From assembly GCA_017537175.1 (NCBI GenBank), contig JAFYLH010000012.1, positions 65,375 through 129,374 on the forward strand: a stretch of 64,000 nt of DNA, given 5' to 3'. Positions 34,064-45,156 of the stretch are shown here, in pieces (within the stretch, counting starts at the first letter, position 1; every line of letters starts with the position of its first letter). A program made the translations under genes and the position numbers. Origin of the DNA: Clostridia bacterium (GTDB lineage Bacteria; Bacillota; Clostridia; Oscillospirales; CAG-272). The notes beneath the pieces were generated by a model. The model was not told the origin of the DNA and did no database searches. It saw nothing but the letters and a program-made list of their open reading frames with translations.

Positions 34064-35628
34064 TGAAAACAATAGTATTCAAGAATATACGACTGCCTTA
34101 TACGCATCCCTGCGATGAGGCAGTCGATATTGCCCTAAAAAGGGCAGGAAATGCGGGGATCAAAATATACGATCCCTATATTTATAAGCGCTCAATAGAC
34201 TCAAGACACAAGGATGATATACTCTTTGTATACTCGGTAGCTGCTACCTGTGAAAGAGTAAGCGACAAGCAGCTCAAAAAAGCGGATGCAAGCCTTGAAA
34301 AGCAGGGCTGGAGCACTCCCACGGAGGGCAAAGAGGAGCTTTTGGGCAGAGTAATTGTCTGCGGCTTTGGTCCTGCAGGAATGTTTGCCGCCCTTCTGCT
34401 TGCCGAGCAGGGATATCGCCCCATAGTTCTTGAGCGGGGCTCTGATGTTAAGACAAGAGCGCAAAAGGTAGATACCTTTATGAAAACAGGTGTCCTTGAC
34501 ACCAATTGCAATATACAGTTCGGTGCAGGCGGTGCGGGAACATTTTCTGACGGAAAGCTGGTGACCCGTATATCCGACCCTGCCTGCCGATATGTTTTTG
34601 AAAGACTGGTGGAGTTTGGTGCTCCCAAGGAGATAATGTATGACGCCAAGCCTCATGTGGGTACAGATAAGCTGCTTGGTATAGTTGATGCCATATCCGA
34701 GAGGGTAGTTTCTCTCGGTGGTGAGATATATTATGACACCACCCTTAAGGGCATCAACAGAGCAAACGGTCATATCACCTCTGTGACTACAGACAAGGGA
34801 GAGATCGGCTGCGGAGCATTGATACTTGCCGTGGGCAACTCCTCAAGAGACACATTCAGATATCTGATGGGCGATAACTATATAGTCGAGCCCAAGCCCT
34901 TTTCGGTAGGTGTGCGTATAGAGCACTTACGAGAGGATATAGACCGCGCAATGTACGGCAGTCACGCGGGAGATCCCATATTGGGAGCGGCACCCTATGC
35001 TTTTTCCAAAAGAGTGGGCGAGGATGCAGTATATACATTTTGTATGTGCCCCGGCGGTGAGGTTGTAGCTGCCGCCTCTGAGGAAAATACGGTAGTGACC
35101 AACGGTATGAGCCGTTATGCCCGTGACAATATAAATTCCAACGCGGCCGTAGTGGTATCGGTGCGCTCGGATGACCCCATAGCATATCAGGAGGCTCTTG
35201 AAAGAAGAGGCTTTATGGCAGGGGGAGGGGAATATTATGCTCCCTGTCAGTCTGTAGGCGATTTTCTTGACAAAAAAACGGGTAAGCTCCCCACACACAT
35301 CAAGCCCACATATATGGGCGGCAAGGTCAGAGAATATGATCTTAACGGTCTCTTTGAGGACCGCATATGCGATATGCTTAAGTTAGGAATTACCGCCTTT
35401 GACCGCAGTCTTCCCGGCTTTGCGTCAAGGGATGCTCTGCTCACAGGCCCCGAGACCAGAACCAGCGCGCCTGTAAGGATAACAAGAAACGAGGAGTATC
35501 TTGCTCTGGGTACAGATAATCTCTATCCCTCGGGCGAGGGTGCGGGCTATGCAGGTGGCATTACCAGCGCTGCAGTTGACGGACTTCGCTGTGCCTCTGC
35601 CCTTATTTCAAGATACAAAAGGAATTAA
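34060..35628 (+). CDS. FAD-dependent oxidoreductase (COG2509-like)
   Basis: Rossmann motif VIVCGFGPAGMFAALLLAEQG; about 520 aa, typical for this family. Confidence 0.7.
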   Translation: MMKTIVFKNIRLPYTHPCDEAVDIALKRAGNAGIKIYDPYIYKRSIDSRHKDDILFVYSVAATCERVSDKQLKKADASLEKQGWSTPTEGKEELLGRVIVCGFGPAGMFAALLLAEQGYRPIVLERGSDVKTRAQKVDTFMKTGVLDTNCNIQFGAGGAGTFSDGKLVTRISDPACRYVFERLVEFGAPKEIMYDAKPHVGTDKLLGIVDAISERVVSLGGEIYYDTTLKGINRANGHITSVTTDKGEIGCGALILAVGNSSRDTFRYLMGDNYIVEPKPFSVGVRIEHLREDIDRAMYGSHAGDPILGAAPYAFSKRVGEDAVYTFCMCPGGEVVAAASEENTVVTNGMSRYARDNINSNAAVVVSVRSDDPIAYQEALERRGFMAGGGEYYAPCQSVGDFLDKKTGKLPTHIKPTYMGGKVREYDLNGLFEDRICDMLKLGITAFDRSLPGFASRDALLTGPETRTSAPVRITRNEEYLALGTDNLYPSGEGAGYAGGITSAAVDGLRCASALISRYKRN

Positions 35629-35630
35629 GT

Positions 35631-36032
35631 ATGATACAAAAAGGTAAGGTCATTTCTCTTGACGGGGAATATGCTGTAGTAGAGGTCATGCGCACCTCGG
35701 GGTGTGTAGGCTGCTCTAAGCAGGAGGGCTGTGTAGCCTGTAAGAAAAAGATAAAGAGCCGCGCCTACAACAAGGCAGGAGCTAAGGTGGGGGACACCGT
35801 GACACTGGAGAGCCGTTCCGATACGGTGCTTGCCTATGCACTTGTGGTGTTTGTGCTGCCCTTGGTACTGACTATTGCCGCATATTTGCTTTCGGGACTG
35901 TTTTTTTCGGCACAATTACCTCAAATTTTGGTAAGTACTTGCATTTTTGTACTTACTTATGTTATAATATACTTTACCCTTGACCGTAGACCGGAGGTCA
36001 AAAAAAGCGTAAAGATCACAAAGATAGATTAG
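35631..36032 (+). CDS. RseC/MucC (SoxR-reducing system) family protein
   Basis: N-terminal GEYAVVEVMRTSGCVGCS..GC.AC Cys cluster followed by two TM helices. Confidence 0.7.
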   Translation: MIQKGKVISLDGEYAVVEVMRTSGCVGCSKQEGCVACKKKIKSRAYNKAGAKVGDTVTLESRSDTVLAYALVVFVLPLVLTIAAYLLSGLFFSAQLPQILVSTCIFVLTYVIIYFTLDRRPEVKKSVKITKID

Positions 36033-36042
36033 GAGACCCGCT

Positions 36043-38154
36043 ATGCGCAGATGGCAGTTTGCTTATGACAATCAAATAGACGATACTGCCGTAAGTGCAT
36101 TGTGCGGTGAGCTTGACATACTTCCCGCCACAGCGAAGCTTTTGTGGCAGAGAGGATATACCACCCCCGAGCTTGCGGGCAGATTTATCCGAAGCGAGGA
36201 CAGCTATTTCCACGATCCCTTCCTTATGGCGGATATGGACAAGGCTGTAGCGCGTATACTCCTTGCCCTTGACAAAAAAGAAAAGGTAATGATATTCGGC
36301 GACTATGATGTGGACGGTGTAACCAGCGTGTCCACACTTTACCTGTTCTTAAGGTCTATAGGAATCAGCTGTGACTATCATATTCCCAGCCGTATAGGCG
36401 AGGGATACGGCATCAGTATAGGTGCCATAGACAATATAATTGCCGAGGGCTATACTCTTATGATATCGGTGGATACAGGTATTACCGCCTGTGCCGAGAT
36501 AGAGTATGCGGCAAAGGGTGGACTCGAAACGGTTGTGACCGACCATCACGAATGTCACGCAGACATTCCCAACGCAGTAGCCGTGGTAAACCCCAAGCGC
36601 CCCGACTGTCCCTATCCCTTTAAGGAGTTGGCAGGTGTAGGCGTGGTGTTTAAGGTCATTACCGCACTGCGTATGAGACTTGACCAAAGACAGGGCATAG
36701 ACGGCAACCCCTTCCGCAGTATATGTAACGAGTATGCGGATCTTATAGCAACAGGTACTATTGCCGATGTAATGCCACTGATAGATGAAAACAGACTTAT
36801 CGTTTGTATGGGACTTTCCCGTATGGAAAAGGATACCCGTATGGGTATTGCGGCACTTCTTGATATTGCAGGTGCAAGCAAGACTAAGCGCATTACCTCC
36901 TCTACGGTAGGATATACTATTGCGCCCCGTATAAACGCGGCAGGCAGACTGAGCGAAGCCTCCATAGCCTGTGAGCTTATGCTCTGCTCTGATGAGAAAA
37001 AGGCTATGTCCTTGGCTCAGACCCTGTGCGACTTTAACGAGCAGCGCCGTGCAGAGGAAAATGCCATAGCCAAGGAAGCGGCAGAAATGATAGCCGCCGA
37101 CTATGATTTTGAACAGAATCCCGTCATCGTACTTGCCAAGGAAAACTGGCATCACGGTGTTATAGGTATAGTTTCATCAAGACTTACCGATAAATACGGA
37201 CTTCCCACCATCCTTGTATCCTTTGACGAGGAGGGTATGGGTAAGGGAAGCGGCAGAAGCGTCAAGGGCCTGAACCTTGTGGACGCCCTTTCTGCTGTCA
37301 GCGATACTCTTGAAAAGTTCGGAGGTCACGAGCTGGCAGCGGGACTCAGTGTCAAGCGGGAAAACTTTGAAGCCTTCTGCGAAAAAATAAACGAATATGC
37401 CCGTGAGCATTTTGATCACGATGCAACCTCGCTGACCTGTCAGGCAGACCTGATACTGGAAGCAGAGGATATAGACCTCAGGCAGGCAAACGAGCTCTTT
37501 TTACTTGAGCCCTTTGGTACAGATAACCCCGCACCCGTATTTGTAATCTGCGATGTTACCATAAGCGATATCCGAGGTATCGGAAACAACAAGCACAGCC
37601 GTATTACCGTTACCAAGGGAGAAAGATCCTTTGGATGTGTGTATTTCGGTATGTCGCCTGAGGATGCCTCCTTTAAGAAGGGGGATAAGGCAGATGTGGT
37701 GTTCTCCCTTGAGATAAACGAATACCGCGGTGTTACCACACCTCAGATCAATATCCGTCACATACTGCCCGACCGTAAGACTGTTGCAAAGTATGATGAG
37801 CAAAAGCAGCTTTACCGTTCTGTCAAAAACGGTATGCACTATAAATATTCGGACGAAATATTCCCTCAGCGCAAGGAATTTGCGGCACTTTATACCTATA
37901 TCAAGCGCCACGAAAAGAGGGGAGTATTCACCCTGCCCGAGCTTATAGCTCAAAGCGGTCTTACAGGTGAAAACGCAATATGCAAGCTTAAATTTATGAT
38001 TGATGTATTTACCGAAATGAAGCTTATTACGGTGGATAAGACCGAGGATGACTTTGAGGTAAAATACAATATTGCACTCAGGTTTGTCCGCGGCAAGGTC
38101 AACCTTGATAAATCGATATTATTACAGAATTTGAGATCAAAACAGGAAAAATAA
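36043..38154 (+). CDS. recJ: Single-stranded-DNA-specific exonuclease RecJ
   Basis: DHH motifs (IFGDYDVDGVTS, VVTDHHE), DHHA1 region with GGHELAAG. Confidence 0.9.
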   Translation: MRRWQFAYDNQIDDTAVSALCGELDILPATAKLLWQRGYTTPELAGRFIRSEDSYFHDPFLMADMDKAVARILLALDKKEKVMIFGDYDVDGVTSVSTLYLFLRSIGISCDYHIPSRIGEGYGISIGAIDNIIAEGYTLMISVDTGITACAEIEYAAKGGLETVVTDHHECHADIPNAVAVVNPKRPDCPYPFKELAGVGVVFKVITALRMRLDQRQGIDGNPFRSICNEYADLIATGTIADVMPLIDENRLIVCMGLSRMEKDTRMGIAALLDIAGASKTKRITSSTVGYTIAPRINAAGRLSEASIACELMLCSDEKKAMSLAQTLCDFNEQRRAEENAIAKEAAEMIAADYDFEQNPVIVLAKENWHHGVIGIVSSRLTDKYGLPTILVSFDEEGMGKGSGRSVKGLNLVDALSAVSDTLEKFGGHELAAGLSVKRENFEAFCEKINEYAREHFDHDATSLTCQADLILEAEDIDLRQANELFLLEPFGTDNPAPVFVICDVTISDIRGIGNNKHSRITVTKGERSFGCVYFGMSPEDASFKKGDKADVVFSLEINEYRGVTTPQINIRHILPDRKTVAKYDEQKQLYRSVKNGMHYKYSDEIFPQRKEFAALYTYIKRHEKRGVFTLPELIAQSGLTGENAICKLKFMIDVFTEMKLITVDKTEDDFEVKYNIALRFVRGKVNLDKSILLQNLRSKQEK

Positions 38155-38155
38155 C

Positions 38156-40381
38156 ATGGAAGACAAATATGCTCCGATAGGTAAATTACTTTCTGCCCTT
38201 GAAAAAACAGGGAAGAAGTATGATTTTGACAAAATTAAAAAAGCATATCTCCATGCCGCCGAGTTTCACGAGGGACAGTTCCGTCAAAGCGGAGAGCCCT
38301 TTGTATACCATCCCATTGCGGTAGCGGAGATAGTCGCTACCCTTGAGCTTGACACAGACTCTATCTGTGCGGCGCTTCTTCACGATACCGTAGAGGACTG
38401 CGGCGATAAGGTGGATGTAGGTCAGATCCGCCGTGAGTACGGTGAAGAGGTGGCAATGCTGGTTGACGGCCTGACAAAGCTGGTGCAGATCCCCTTTGAG
38501 GATAAGGAGGATGAGCATGTAGAGAACCTCAGAAAGATGTTCCTTGCTATGTCCAAGGATATCCGCGTTATCTTTATCAAGCTCTGTGACCGCCTTCATA
38601 ATATGCGCACCCTCTCGGCAAAAAGGCCTGAAAAGCAGAGGGTCACCGCTCTTGAAACAATGTATGTATATGCTCCTCTTGCTCACCGTCTCGGTATGCA
38701 GCGTATCAAGCAGGAGCTTGAAAACATATCCCTTTCCTATCTTGACCCCATAGGCTATTCTCAGGTCAAGACCGATATAGACAAACGCTACGGCCAAAGC
38801 CGTGATTTTATAGAAAATGCAAGATCAAGTATCACCGAAAAGCTGGAAGAGGCCAAGCTCAAATATTCCCTTGAGGGAAGAGTAAAGACTGTATATTCCA
38901 TCTATAAAAAGATGTTTGAGAATAACAAGAGCTTTGAGGAGATCTTTGATTTCTACGCACTTCGCATTATCGTTGACACCGAGCTTGAGTGCTATACCGT
39001 GCTTGGTATCATCCACGATATGTTCAGAAGCGTTCCGGGCAGATTCAAGGACTATATTTCCACCCCCAAGCCCAATATGTACCGTTCGCTGCATACTACG
39101 GTCATCGGCCGTGACGGCATCCCCTTTGAGGTACAGATCCGTACCTGGGATATGCACCGCATTGCAGAATACGGTCTGGCGGCTCATTGGAAGTATAAGA
39201 CCGGAGCCGAAAGCAAGGCAGAGATAGATCAGAAGCTCCAGTGGGTATCAAAGCTTATCGACGTTGAGGATGAAACCAACGACCACGATGAGTTTATGCA
39301 TACTCTTAAAATCGATATTTTCCACGACGAGACCTTTGTGTTTACCCCCAAGGGGGATGTTATAACCCTGCCCCAAGGTTCTACCGTCATTGACTTTGCC
39401 TATGCCATACATTCGGCTGTAGGTAACAAGATGGTGGGTGCCAAGATCAACGGTATGATAGTACCTATCGACCGTGTTCCCCAGAACGGTGAGATCGTTG
39501 AGATCCTTACCTCCAACTCCTCCAAGGGACCCAGCCGAGACTGGCTTAAGATAATAAGAACAAGCGAAGCCAGAACCAAGATAAGACAGTGGTTCAAAAA
39601 GGAAAAGCAGGCAGAGAATATCCTTGTGGGCCGATCCGAGATAGATAAGGAATTCAAGAAGTTCAACCGTCCCGCAACCGAGGAGCAGCGCGAGGAGATA
39701 CTTTCCAATGTTTCTGCACGTATCGGTATACAGAGCGTAGAGAGTCTTTATAATACCATAGGCTATGGCGGCATCAGTATGAACAAGGTAGCCTCCAAGC
39801 TCCGTGATGAGTTTGAACGTATAGTCAAGCCTGTAGCCTCAGAGCCTGTACAGGTGGATATAGAAGCTCTTAACAGACAGGCAGCTCCCCGCAAGACCAG
39901 TAAGAGCGGCGGCGTTATCATCGACGGTGTTGACGGCTGTATGGTCAAGTTTGCTAAGTGCTGCAATCCTCTTCCCGGTGACGATCTTATCGGATTTATC
40001 ACCAAGGGATACGGAGTATCTGTACACAAGCGTGACTGTCCCAATGTTATTGCCAATATGCAAAAGCCCGAGTACGAGGGCAGATGGGTCAGCGCATACT
40101 GGGAGCAGGGAGCAAGCCTTATGGGAACATCTTCCCAGTATTTCGAGGCAATGCTTCGTATATATGCCAAGGACAATATAGGTCTTCTGGCGCTTATAAC
40201 CGTAGCACTTGCGGATATGAGAGTAAATCTCGTGTCTGTATCCACACAGAAGTGCGCAGGTGACGATATAATAATTAATCTTACAGTCAACGCCAAGAAC
40301 CTTGAACACGTCAACAGTATCGTTTCAAGGCTTAAGTCGATTGACAATATAGAAGACGTAACGAGAGGATTCGGCTCATGA
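38156..40381 (+). CDS. relA: Bifunctional (p)ppGpp synthetase/hydrolase (RelA/SpoT homolog)
   Basis: HD hydrolase motif (LLHDTVED), synthetase motif RFKDYISTPKPNMYRSLHTTV, TGS and ACT regions. Confidence 0.95.
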   Translation: MEDKYAPIGKLLSALEKTGKKYDFDKIKKAYLHAAEFHEGQFRQSGEPFVYHPIAVAEIVATLELDTDSICAALLHDTVEDCGDKVDVGQIRREYGEEVAMLVDGLTKLVQIPFEDKEDEHVENLRKMFLAMSKDIRVIFIKLCDRLHNMRTLSAKRPEKQRVTALETMYVYAPLAHRLGMQRIKQELENISLSYLDPIGYSQVKTDIDKRYGQSRDFIENARSSITEKLEEAKLKYSLEGRVKTVYSIYKKMFENNKSFEEIFDFYALRIIVDTELECYTVLGIIHDMFRSVPGRFKDYISTPKPNMYRSLHTTVIGRDGIPFEVQIRTWDMHRIAEYGLAAHWKYKTGAESKAEIDQKLQWVSKLIDVEDETNDHDEFMHTLKIDIFHDETFVFTPKGDVITLPQGSTVIDFAYAIHSAVGNKMVGAKINGMIVPIDRVPQNGEIVEILTSNSSKGPSRDWLKIIRTSEARTKIRQWFKKEKQAENILVGRSEIDKEFKKFNRPATEEQREEILSNVSARIGIQSVESLYNTIGYGGISMNKVASKLRDEFERIVKPVASEPVQVDIEALNRQAAPRKTSKSGGVIIDGVDGCMVKFAKCCNPLPGDDLIGFITKGYGVSVHKRDCPNVIANMQKPEYEGRWVSAYWEQGASLMGTSSQYFEAMLRIYAKDNIGLLALITVALADMRVNLVSVSTQKCAGDDIIINLTVNAKNLEHVNSIVSRLKSIDNIEDVTRGFGS

Positions 40382-40842
40382 AGGCTGTTATACAGAGAGT
40401 TTCCCATGCTGCCTGCCACGCATTAGGCGAGGTAACCGGAGAATGTAATGAGGGACTTTTGATACTTCTTGGTGTTGCCGCAGGTGACACCGAGGAGGAT
40501 GCAAGACTCCTTGCCGAAAAGATTTCCAAGCTCCGCATATTCAGCGACGAAAATGATAAATTGAATCTTTCCGTAATGGACGTAGGCGGCTCTGTGCTTG
40601 TTATAAGCAACTTTACACTTATGGCAAACTATGCCCACGGCAACCGCCCCGACTATATGGGTGCGGAGAAGCCCGCGAGAGCAAACGAGCTTTACGAATA
40701 TTTTATGAAGCTGCTTTGCGATAAGGGCATCCCTGTAGGTAAGGGAGCCTTTGGCGAGCATATGGAGATAGTGACAAGCCTTCACGGACCTATCACCATA
40801 GTTATGGAAAGTGATGTATTGAAGAAGAAGGGAAAGCAATGA
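40378..40842 (+). CDS. dtd: D-aminoacyl-tRNA deacylase
   Basis: MKAVIQRV... start, SNFTL and GPITIVMES motifs; conserved rel-dtd pairing. Confidence 0.9.
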   Translation: MKAVIQRVSHAACHALGEVTGECNEGLLILLGVAAGDTEEDARLLAEKISKLRIFSDENDKLNLSVMDVGGSVLVISNFTLMANYAHGNRPDYMGAEKPARANELYEYFMKLLCDKGIPVGKGAFGEHMEIVTSLHGPITIVMESDVLKKKGKQ

Positions 40843-42332
40843 TAGTTAATATTGACGGTAATATCAACAGATTTTATGCGCAGACCCTATGTATGGTATT
40901 TTTCCCCGGTGCCAAGTTTGCCGAGGATGAAATAGCGACCGAAAACACTCCCATAGTAGATCTTATACAGCGTGACACCGATGAGGGCTGTTATGCCAAG
41001 GCGACTATCACCATAGGTGAAAAGTCGGTCTCCTGTGAGCATACAGAGCCCTATTCGGATACCAATGTCAAGATAAAGATCGAAAAGGTGGCGGTAGGTG
41101 CGGCACTCTTCAAGGCGGGAGAAAGGTTCTTCCGTATATCCCCCTCCTGGGGTATCCTCACGGGTGTCAGACCCGCAAAGATAGCAAGAGATATGCTCAA
41201 CCGCGGTCTTGGTATCAAGGAGATGAAATCGGTACTGACCAAGCAGTATTTTGTCAGCCACAAAAAGGCGACCCTGCTTGGTAATATAGCAAAAAACGAA
41301 AACCGCATAATCAAGCAGATGGGCGAGGGTACCTGCAGTCTTTATATTTCAATACCCTTCTGTCCTTCCAGATGCTCATACTGCTCCTTTGTTTCTTATT
41401 CTACCAAGAGACTTCTCTCTCTTATTCCCGATTATCTTGCAAAGCTGCTTTATGAGGTAGAAAATTCGCTCAAGCTTATCCGTGAGCTTGATCAGCGGCT
41501 TATTGCCATCTACATAGGCGGCGGTACACCCTCAATACTTACCCCCGACCAGATGAGACTTCTTTTGGGTGTTATTAGAGATAATGCCGATCTTTCTGAG
41601 GTAAGGGAATTTACCTTTGAGATGGGCAGACCGGATACGGTTACCGAGGAGAAGGTAAGAGTGGCTATGGAATACGGTGTCAACCGTATCAGTATAAATC
41701 CTCAGACCTTAAACGATGCGGTGCTCGAAACTATCGGAAGAAACCATACCGTAGATCAGTTTTACCGCGCTTATAATATAGCAAGGGAAGCCGGCATACA
41801 ATGTATCAATACCGATCTTATCGCAGGCCTGCCGGGTGAGAGCCCTGCAAGCTTCCAGAAGACGGTGGATGAGATACTTAAGCTCAGACCCGAGAATGTC
41901 ACCTTCCACACCTTCTGTGTCAAGAAGGCGGCGGATATCTTAAAGGACGAATGCAATGTTTATTCTCCCTTCGATCCCAATGTAGGTAAGTGCGTGGACT
42001 ATGCTCAGGTCAATGCCAAGAACAACGGATATATCCCCTACTATATGTACAGACAGAAGAATACCGTAGGTAACTTTGAAAACGTTGGTTATTCCTTACC
42101 CGGACACGAGGGTCTGTATAACATCTATATGATGGAGGAGATACATTCGGTATTTGCCTGCGGTGCAGGTGCGGTGACCAAGCTTGTATCTCCGCAAAAG
42201 GACACTATCAAGCGTGTGTTTATGCCCAAGTATCCTTACGAATATCTTTCGGACAAGGTTACAGAGGATCAGATACAGAATACATACGACAGTTTCAGAG
42301 AGTTTTACAATATCCATTTCAAGGAGCAATAA
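40839..42332 (+). CDS. Radical SAM protein, HemN/HemZ-like coproporphyrinogen dehydrogenase family
   Basis: CPSRCSYCSF CxxxCxxC motif; about 497 aa with the N-terminal extension typical of HemZ. Confidence 0.75.
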   Translation: MIVNIDGNINRFYAQTLCMVFFPGAKFAEDEIATENTPIVDLIQRDTDEGCYAKATITIGEKSVSCEHTEPYSDTNVKIKIEKVAVGAALFKAGERFFRISPSWGILTGVRPAKIARDMLNRGLGIKEMKSVLTKQYFVSHKKATLLGNIAKNENRIIKQMGEGTCSLYISIPFCPSRCSYCSFVSYSTKRLLSLIPDYLAKLLYEVENSLKLIRELDQRLIAIYIGGGTPSILTPDQMRLLLGVIRDNADLSEVREFTFEMGRPDTVTEEKVRVAMEYGVNRISINPQTLNDAVLETIGRNHTVDQFYRAYNIAREAGIQCINTDLIAGLPGESPASFQKTVDEILKLRPENVTFHTFCVKKAADILKDECNVYSPFDPNVGKCVDYAQVNAKNNGYIPYYMYRQKNTVGNFENVGYSLPGHEGLYNIYMMEEIHSVFACGAGAVTKLVSPQKDTIKRVFMPKYPYEYLSDKVTEDQIQNTYDSFREFYNIHFKEQ

Positions 42333-44038
42333 TGAAAAATAACAAAGCAAAAAGCACAGCCAACCTGTTTGTAACGGGAGTTGTGGTGCTGACTATCGCA
42401 AACCTGCTTGTCAAGGTCATAGGTGTGGCACTCAAGGTGCCGCTGGACTGGGTATTCAATACGGGTGTACCCGAAAGCGCCAAGGGCGATGCTATGGGCT
42501 TCTACAGTGCGGCATACGATGTATATGTATGGCTGTATATGATATCCACGGCAGGCCTGCCGGTTGCTATTTCCATGATGGTAAGCGAGAGCCGTGCCAA
42601 GGGTAACTTAAGAGAGCCCAAAAAGATATTCTCTATGACACTTGCCCTGCTTACAGCGGTTGGAACGGTTGGTACCTGTATCCTTATCTTTGGTTCAAGG
42701 TATATCGCCAACAATATATACAAGCTTCCGGGACTGGAATATGCCCTTTGCGCCATAGCGCCCACCCTTTTGTTCATATGCATATCGGCTGCTATCCGCG
42801 GATATTTCCAGGGCTATCAGATAATGACCCCCTCGGCAGTATCCGAGGTAATAGAATCCTTTGGTAAGCTTGTTTTCGGTATGACCTTGGCATATATCGC
42901 AATGAATATGCTTCCCGCAGACCTTGTAATGCTCAAGGACGGTATTGAGGGTAAGTATGCCATTGCGGCGGCTATGACCATATCCGGACTTACCTTGGGT
43001 GTGGGTGTATCCCTGATATATCTCTTTATAAAAAAGGCGACCTTTAAGTCTGCGGTGTATGATCTGGAGTTCAAAAATCACCACAGCTATGATAAGCCGG
43101 TGCGCTCAAATGCTAAGATCATCAAGTCGCTTATTGCTATAGCCATTCCCATAACCATCAGCTCCTCTGTAATGAGCTTTACCAGTATGCTTGACGGTGT
43201 TATCATATCCAACACCATGCAGGATGCTCTTAAGCTTTCGGCAGATGATGTTACGGGTATAATAGGTCTTTTCAAGACCCATGTAGTAACACTTTTCAAT
43301 ATGCCTCCCGCACTTATCTATCCTATCTCGGGCTCTATAGTACCCTATCTCTCGGGTATAATAGCCAAGGGCGATAAGGAAAAGGCAACCAAAATAATGA
43401 ACAGCTCTCTCAGAGTTGCTACCATGATTGCGCTTCCTTGCGCTTTGGGATTAAGCACACTTTCCGAGCCTATAATCCGTCTTTTCTTCAACAGTAGCTT
43501 CAGCCCCGATACCTGCAACACCCCCGCGCTTTTGTCTATACAGGCAATCGCGGTATTCTTTGTGGGAATGCTGGCTATGACCACCTCCATACTTCAGGCA
43601 CATAAGCAGGAGCGCAAGCCTATCATCAGTATGCTTGCGGGCGGTGCTGTCAAGATCCTGTCCAGCTATCTGCTTATAGGTAAGATAGGCATCTACGGAG
43701 CTCCCGTAGGTACACTTCTTTGCTATATCACCATCGTTTTATTCAACTTCTTCTTTGTGGCAAAGTATGTCAAGTTTATACCCAGGTTTACTCAGGTATT
43801 CTTAAAGCCTCTTATTTCGGCTGTGATCTGCTCGGGCGCGGCGCTTCTTTCCTACCGTGTTCTTGAGCATTACGGACTTAGCTTCCGTATTGCTGTAATT
43901 GCGGCAATACTTATTGCTATGGTGGTTTATGCAATAATGATCATACTCTTAAGAGCTCTGCGTAAGGAGGACTTTGAGATAATCCCCAAGGGACAAAAGC
44001 TCTATAATATACTCAGTAAGGCAAGGTTGATAAAATGA
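42332..44038 (+). CDS. MOP-superfamily polysaccharide/lipid II flippase-like protein (YabM/SpoVB/MurJ-like)
   Basis: 568 aa with about 14 TM helices; occupies the yabM position upstream of mazG (yabN). Confidence 0.7.
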   Translation: MKNNKAKSTANLFVTGVVVLTIANLLVKVIGVALKVPLDWVFNTGVPESAKGDAMGFYSAAYDVYVWLYMISTAGLPVAISMMVSESRAKGNLREPKKIFSMTLALLTAVGTVGTCILIFGSRYIANNIYKLPGLEYALCAIAPTLLFICISAAIRGYFQGYQIMTPSAVSEVIESFGKLVFGMTLAYIAMNMLPADLVMLKDGIEGKYAIAAAMTISGLTLGVGVSLIYLFIKKATFKSAVYDLEFKNHHSYDKPVRSNAKIIKSLIAIAIPITISSSVMSFTSMLDGVIISNTMQDALKLSADDVTGIIGLFKTHVVTLFNMPPALIYPISGSIVPYLSGIIAKGDKEKATKIMNSSLRVATMIALPCALGLSTLSEPIIRLFFNSSFSPDTCNTPALLSIQAIAVFFVGMLAMTTSILQAHKQERKPIISMLAGGAVKILSSYLLIGKIGIYGAPVGTLLCYITIVLFNFFFVAKYVKFIPRFTQVFLKPLISAVICSGAALLSYRVLEHYGLSFRIAVIAAILIAMVVYAIMIILLRALRKEDFEIIPKGQKLYNILSKARLIK

Positions 44039-44673
44039 TATCTCTTGAAGCATTAAAAAACAAGGACCTCTATACTATGGAGGATCTTTGTGAGATAATG
44101 AAATACCTCAGAGTAGGCTGCCCCTGGGACAAGGAGCAGACCCACGAGAGCATACGCACCTGCTTTATCGAGGAGGTGTACGAGGTCTGCGATGCCATAG
44201 ACAAAAAGGATCCCGACCTTATGTGCGAGGAGCTGGGCGATGTGCTTTTGCAGGTGGTGTTCCACGCACAGATGGCAGAGGAGGATGGCGAGTTTACCCT
44301 TGCCGACTCTGTAGACGGTATCTGTCGTAAGCTTATTATCCGCCACCCCCATGTGTTTGGTGATGTCAAGGCGGACACCTCAGGACAGGTGCTTTATAAT
44401 TGGGACAAGATCAAGGCAGAGACCAAGGGACAAAAATCTGTTGCCGATACGGTAAGGGATGTACCCAAGGCTCTTCCCGGACTTATGCGCGCCCAGAAGA
44501 TAGCCAAGCGCGCTGCCAAGGGTGAGAGCTATGAGCTTGAGAGCCGTGAGCTTACAAAGGAGAGTCTGGGTGAGGAGCTTTTTAAGCTGTGCTCTGCGGC
44601 ACAGAGGGCAGGAATCGATGCAGAAGAGGCTCTTGGTGGGTATTGTGAGCACTTTATTGCCGAATTTGAGTGA
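44035..44673 (+). CDS. mazG: MazG nucleoside triphosphate pyrophosphohydrolase
   Basis: CPWDKEQTHESI, EEVYEV, EELGDVLLQVVFHAQ MazG motifs. Confidence 0.85.
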   Translation: MISLEALKNKDLYTMEDLCEIMKYLRVGCPWDKEQTHESIRTCFIEEVYEVCDAIDKKDPDLMCEELGDVLLQVVFHAQMAEEDGEFTLADSVDGICRKLIIRHPHVFGDVKADTSGQVLYNWDKIKAETKGQKSVADTVRDVPKALPGLMRAQKIAKRAAKGESYELESRELTKESLGEELFKLCSAAQRAGIDAEEALGGYCEHFIAEFE

Positions 44674-44711
44674 AAATATTACCAAAAAACTAAAAATTTT
44701 GTATAAATCTA

Positions 44712-44740
44712 TTGATATTACCGAAGAATGATGTTATAAT
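44712..44740 (+). promoter_or_regulatory. Sigma-A type promoter for hup
   Basis: TTGATA (44712-44717), 17-nt spacer, TATAAT (44735-44740). Confidence 0.6.
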
Positions 44741-44785
44741 TATAGGGTAATGAAATAATATTAAAACAGAAAGGTGATTTTTATT

Positions 44786-45061
44786 ATGATGACCAAGGCA
44801 AATATCGTTGATGCAGTAGCAACCAAGACCGGTGCAACCAAGAAGGCTTCCGAGGCAGCTGTTAACGCAGCATTCGAGGCAATCGTTGATGCTCTTAAGG
44901 CCGGCGATAAGGTTCAGGTATTCGGTTTCGGTACCTTTGAGGTTAAGGAGCGCGCAGCTCGTACAGGCAGAAATCCCCGTACAGGCGAGACTCTTGAGAT
45001 CGCTGCTTCCAAGAACGTAGGCTTCAGCGCAGCTAAGGCTCTTAAGGACGCTGTAAAGTAA
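44786..45061 (+). CDS. hup: DNA-binding protein HU
   Basis: MTKANIVDAVA...GFGTFEVKERAARTGRNPRTGE classic HU sequence; AAAGGTGA RBS. Confidence 0.95.
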   Translation: MMTKANIVDAVATKTGATKKASEAAVNAAFEAIVDALKAGDKVQVFGFGTFEVKERAARTGRNPRTGETLEIAASKNVGFSAAKALKDAVK

Positions 45062-45080
45062 TAGCTACATTATGCACACA

Positions 45081-45148
45081 TCGGGAATCCTTGAGACCAA
45101 GGGTTCCCGATACGATTTTGTAGGGAACGCATTTATGCGTTTTGTTTT
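45081..45148 (+). terminator. Two tandem hairpin terminators after hup
   Basis: TCGGGAATCCTTG-AGAC-CAAGGGTTCCCGA (13 bp) then AACGCA-TTTA-TGCGTT followed by TTGTTTT. Confidence 0.7.
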
Positions 45149-45156
45149 AAAAGGTA